Source: Candidatus Thorarchaeota archaeon SMTZ1-45
Lineage (GTDB): Archaea; Asgardarchaeota; Thorarchaeia; Thorarchaeales; Thorarchaeaceae
NCBI GenBank assembly: GCA_001563335.1
Contig: LRSL01000010.1
Coordinates: forward strand, 1 to 30,341
Reading direction: 5' to 3'
DNA: 30,341 nt
Under the pieces are notes generated by a model, which was not told where the DNA came from, did not search any database, and saw only the letters and a list, made by a program, of their open reading frames with translations. The stretch's first letter is position 1, and the number at the start of each line of letters is the position of its first letter. A program made the position numbers and the translations under genes. This document shows positions 27,267 through 30,341 of the stretch, one piece after another.

Positions 27267-28517
27267 TTACTTACCAGTTGATATTGGTATCATTGATGAG
27301 TTGATAAAATGCTCCAATTGACTCCTAATATGCTCAATTCTATCATTCTGAGAGTTTGTAACTCTTGAATACAAACTGAAGACGACTCTCTTCATATTTT
27401 CCTTGTCATCATCCAGCTCCCATCTGCCAACTACTTGACCATTTAGCCAGATTGAAGGTCTTACTTCCCCTGTGGCTCTTATTCCTTTACTTGGCATCTT
27501 TCTTGGTCCGTCCGGTTTCGAGGGCCAGAAGTGCTTTTTGTCTGCAGGAAACAGCTTTGGTTGGACATCCTCCACTATGAAATTAGCTCGATTAATGAAT
27601 GCTTTCAGAAAATGGTCCTCGTACGGTAGAAACCAAACTAGATCTTCAGATGGAGGTTCAAGGGATGCCGCAAATTCCAAATCCTCCATCAAAATGAACT
27701 TCTCAGAACCCCCAACTTCAATTTTGACGATAGTATCTCCCAATACTTCAAGCACGTTCTTGACAGTTGTTTTTGTTTCTCTTAGCCACCATGCAATATC
27801 ATCAACCGATGCAGGACCAAATCGTTCAATGTGGCTTTTGATGAGCAGAGTGATAGCCTCTTGCTCATCAATCAACTTCAGTTTGAAACCCTTAACCCAC
27901 TTGTTCAGCAAAGCATATGATGTGAAACTACTTCGTGCGTGACTGGCTTTTGCACGAATAACCTCTCCCCGTGCCATTAACATCAAGAGGGCAGAACGTA
28001 CATTCTCTCCAACTTCTGGAAGAAGTTTCTTCAACTCTGTTGTTAGTAGTGGTCCATCCTCCAAGGCCGCCCTCACACGGTCAAGCATATCTTCAATCTC
28101 TCTGTCACTCAGCTGGTCCATCTTTCTGTATTTGTCTGCCCGATAGGCCCTAAATAATGAAGGTCCGGTTGCACTTAGTATCATTGAAAGGTTATCAATG
28201 TGCATCACATGCAACGTTGTCCTGAATGCATGAGTCCTTGCTAGTCTTCTCCCATTGTCAATTGAATCAAACATACTCTCAGCATCATAATCACCAATAC
28301 GTGCCCATACAGAAAGGTAAGGCGTCCAATAATCAGTTGAGTGAAGACCAAGTTGGTCCTTTGCTACTTGATAGAAGTCAGACGGTTTCTCATCCAGAAG
28401 TGATTGTTTCCTTAGCTGATTCCAATGGAGTTGTTCTTCAGTTGCCTTGACCAATGGTATACCCCTTATGAGTGTCGACGGCATTGTCCCTTTTATCATA
28501 TACTTTTCAAGAATCAT
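27267..28517 (-). CDS. AlkZ/YcaQ-like (HTH_42) DNA glycosylase family protein
   Basis: LGLHSTD..TPYLSVWAR, RTTLH, FGPASVDDIAWW, FLPYED and GQVVGRW motifs; ATGA overlap with the upstream gene. Confidence 0.88.
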   Translation of the reverse strand: MILEKYMIKGTMPSTLIRGIPLVKATEEQLHWNQLRKQSLLDEKPSDFYQVAKDQLGLHSTDYWTPYLSVWARIGDYDAESMFDSIDNGRRLARTHAFRTTLHVMHIDNLSMILSATGPSLFRAYRADKYRKMDQLSDREIEDMLDRVRAALEDGPLLTTELKKLLPEVGENVRSALLMLMARGEVIRAKASHARSSFTSYALLNKWVKGFKLKLIDEQEAITLLIKSHIERFGPASVDDIAWWLRETKTTVKNVLEVLGDTIVKIEVGGSEKFILMEDLEFAASLEPPSEDLVWFLPYEDHFLKAFINRANFIVEDVQPKLFPADKKHFWPSKPDGPRKMPSKGIRATGEVRPSIWLNGQVVGRWELDDDKENMKRVVFSLYSRVTNSQNDRIEHIRSQLEHFINSSMIPISTGK

Positions 28518-28969
28518 TCAAAACCTGCAATTGAAATCTCAGAACCAGTAGTGTATCCTCTGACTTCGACGATTCTTGCACCTACACCACCAATAATCCC
28601 ACTGAAGAACCATATTTGATAGAATAATTCCGAAATGCTAGATGAGGTGGGATTCCAACCAATTGTGGGGGCTAGACTTGACCATAGGAGTGAGTCAGTG
28701 ACCATTGTTAATATGAGAAAGATTATGCCTACAAAGGAACCTTTCACTAGAGCGCAGATTTGAAACCGCAGACTGCATCCTCCACCAACTAGACTCTTGT
28801 ACGTAACTGGAGCGATGATTAACGGCACGCTGACTAACATTGTCCACCAATAGAACATCGGATCAAACATGCTTCCAAGAGCGATTCCAATAACTAGTGT
28901 TAACGAGTATACTACTATCCAGACTATAGGGACCCATAACCAGCTCTTTATCTCAGAAATTAGACTCAA
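28514..28969 (-). CDS. Four-TM hypothetical membrane protein
   Basis: 151-aa hydrophobic ORF, translationally coupled to the AlkZ-like gene. Confidence 0.8.
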   Translation of the reverse strand: MSLISEIKSWLWVPIVWIVVYSLTLVIGIALGSMFDPMFYWWTMLVSVPLIIAPVTYKSLVGGGCSLRFQICALVKGSFVGIIFLILTMVTDSLLWSSLAPTIGWNPTSSSISELFYQIWFFSGIIGGVGARIVEVRGYTTGSEISIAGFE

Positions 28970-29123
28970 TCTGTATCACTAGCCAATGCGTCATGTTGAG
29001 TTTAATTACTTCTTGGGTATGTTCATTGATGAGTTTCTACTCTTTATTACACGATTAATGCACACCAGTTAATAAGATACCAATTGCTGTGACCACACGT
29101 CGGTATCATAGGAGAGAATCAGA

Positions 29124-29831
29124 GTGGTATCTGATCAAGAGTGGAACATGATTGATTGGCTTGAGGAGGCTCGAGCACTTCTCGGTTGGTTGGACAGTTT
29201 AGATTCTGGTCCAGTCCTTATTATGATTAGGCACTCTGAACGACCAAGGGATATTGATGTACCAACAACAATTCAGGCAGAGCTCACAGAGTCTGGTCAT
29301 GATACTGCCTTTGAGTTCGGAAAAAGAATACCAAAGCATTGGAGGACAACCATCTTTCATAGCCCTCATATCCGAACCAAACAGACCGCAGAAAGAATCG
29401 CATCAGGATTTGATGCGAATAATGGTCAACTCATTAATATTGAAAGATTAAATATTCTTCTAGGAGGCAAAGGGGATATCGAAAAGATAGTTACACTAGC
29501 GCATGAGATTGGTTTTGATGAGTTCTATTTTCAATGGAAACAAAATAAGCTACCACCAGAGGTCATAGAGCCAATTGATGACTACCTTGACCGATTGACT
29601 CAACAAATTGTTGGTATATTCAATAGAGCGGATTCGAATGACCTCCATGTCTATGTCACCCATGACACAGTAATTGCTGCATCACGAAGTATCTACTTAG
29701 ACTATCCAGTCGATGAGGGGCTTTCAGTTTCTTTTCTTGGCGGATATGGCATCGCAAAGACTGATAGTAAGCTGGTAGGCTTCAAAGACGGAGAAGTAGT
29801 CAATATTACTAGAAACTTCCCAGTCCATTGA
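29124..29831 (+). CDS. Histidine phosphatase superfamily protein
   Basis: IRHSER, LTESG, HSPHIRTKQTA and VTHD motifs; AGGAG RBS. Confidence 0.9.
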   Translation: MVSDQEWNMIDWLEEARALLGWLDSLDSGPVLIMIRHSERPRDIDVPTTIQAELTESGHDTAFEFGKRIPKHWRTTIFHSPHIRTKQTAERIASGFDANNGQLINIERLNILLGGKGDIEKIVTLAHEIGFDEFYFQWKQNKLPPEVIEPIDDYLDRLTQQIVGIFNRADSNDLHVYVTHDTVIAASRSIYLDYPVDEGLSVSFLGGYGIAKTDSKLVGFKDGEVVNITRNFPVH

Positions 29832-29862
29832 GATGACAAATTTTTACTCTGCATGATTTGTT

Positions 29863-30341
29863 TCAATATCTCATCTTATCTTCATAGAAGCTATTGGGAT
29901 GATATGGATAAGGCCACTTAGGAGCATTATTCAAAATACTCTCAATCTCATCAAGCGTGTTCTTTGAGAGGCTCACATCAGAAGCTCTAACATTTTCAAT
30001 TACGTGTTCAGGCTTTGTAGCGCCTACCAGTGCTGCTGAAACCTCAGGGCGTCTAAGAACCCATGCTAATGCCAGCTGTCCAGTAGTAATATCAAGTGAA
30101 GATGCAATCTCTCCAAGTTTTCTTACCTTTGATAGATTCTCCTCAGTGAGATATTTGTTCATTATCTGAGATGTGGCTCCCCGACTACCTTCTGGCACGC
30201 CATCGTTATATTTTCCCGTAAGAAGACCCTGTGCCAGTGGACTAAAGACTGTAAACCCCATACCATGAGTCTTTCCCACTGCTAAGATCTCTAGCTCAAT
30301 GAAGCGGGAGAGCATATTGTATAGGGGCTGTTCAACGATCG
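29863..30341 (-). CDS. Aldo/keto reductase (5' end outside the window)
   Basis: The frame is open to the window edge (IVEQPLYNML); FSPLAQGLLTGKY and QLALAWVL motifs. Confidence 0.92.
   Translation of the reverse strand, partial: IVEQPLYNMLSRFIELEILAVGKTHGMGFTVFSPLAQGLLTGKYNDGVPEGSRGATSQIMNKYLTEENLSKVRKLGEIASSLDITTGQLALAWVLRRPEVSAALVGATKPEHVIENVRASDVSLSKNTLDEIESILNNAPKWPYPYHPNSFYEDKMRY

Noticed and set aside
1-30341. CRISPR arrays, tRNA/rRNA genes, transposases/integrases, defence systems
   Set aside because: I saw no regularly spaced repeats, cloverleaf-like segments or recombinase/nuclease motifs; intergenic gaps are short. Inspection was by eye only.

Overview
This is a gene-dense archaeal window of roughly 40-45% GC by eye. 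It has TATA-like boxes, GGAGGT/GGTGA ribosome-binding sites and many TTG/GTG starts. The gene content (histone-fold protein, giant Ig-like surface protein with a longin-like cytoplasmic tail, membrane zinc-ribbon proteins) suggests an Asgard archaeon, possibly Thorarchaeota; this is inference only. About 30 CDSs are supported. They include a radical SAM enzyme, a short histone, an apparently frameshifted ArsR-type regulator plus partner gene, a heterodimeric ABC exporter, flavodoxin, endonuclease III and two tandem CPA2 antiporters. Further along are a TIGR04076-like protein, HTH regulators, two surface proteins, DinB, a TspO-like protein, an ICMT/PEMT-like methyltransferase, MscL, an AlkZ-like glycosylase, a histidine phosphatase and a truncated aldo/keto reductase. 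I saw no rRNA, tRNA, CRISPR array or mobile element. The most interesting items are: (1) an ~1850-aa receptor-like protein (signal peptide, duplicated Ig-like repeats, TM helix, longin-like plus winged-helix-like cytoplasmic domain); (2) two adjacent genes whose products both end in an acidic D-W-[DE]-D motif, resembling eukaryotic W-acidic/WASP-type tails, behind a perfect 18-bp palindrome; (3) a short-alpha3 histone with a Lys-rich N-terminal tail and a structured leader; (4) an MscL whose usual C-terminal helix appears at the N-terminus; (5) a beta-hairpin repeat insertion in an ABC ATPase domain.
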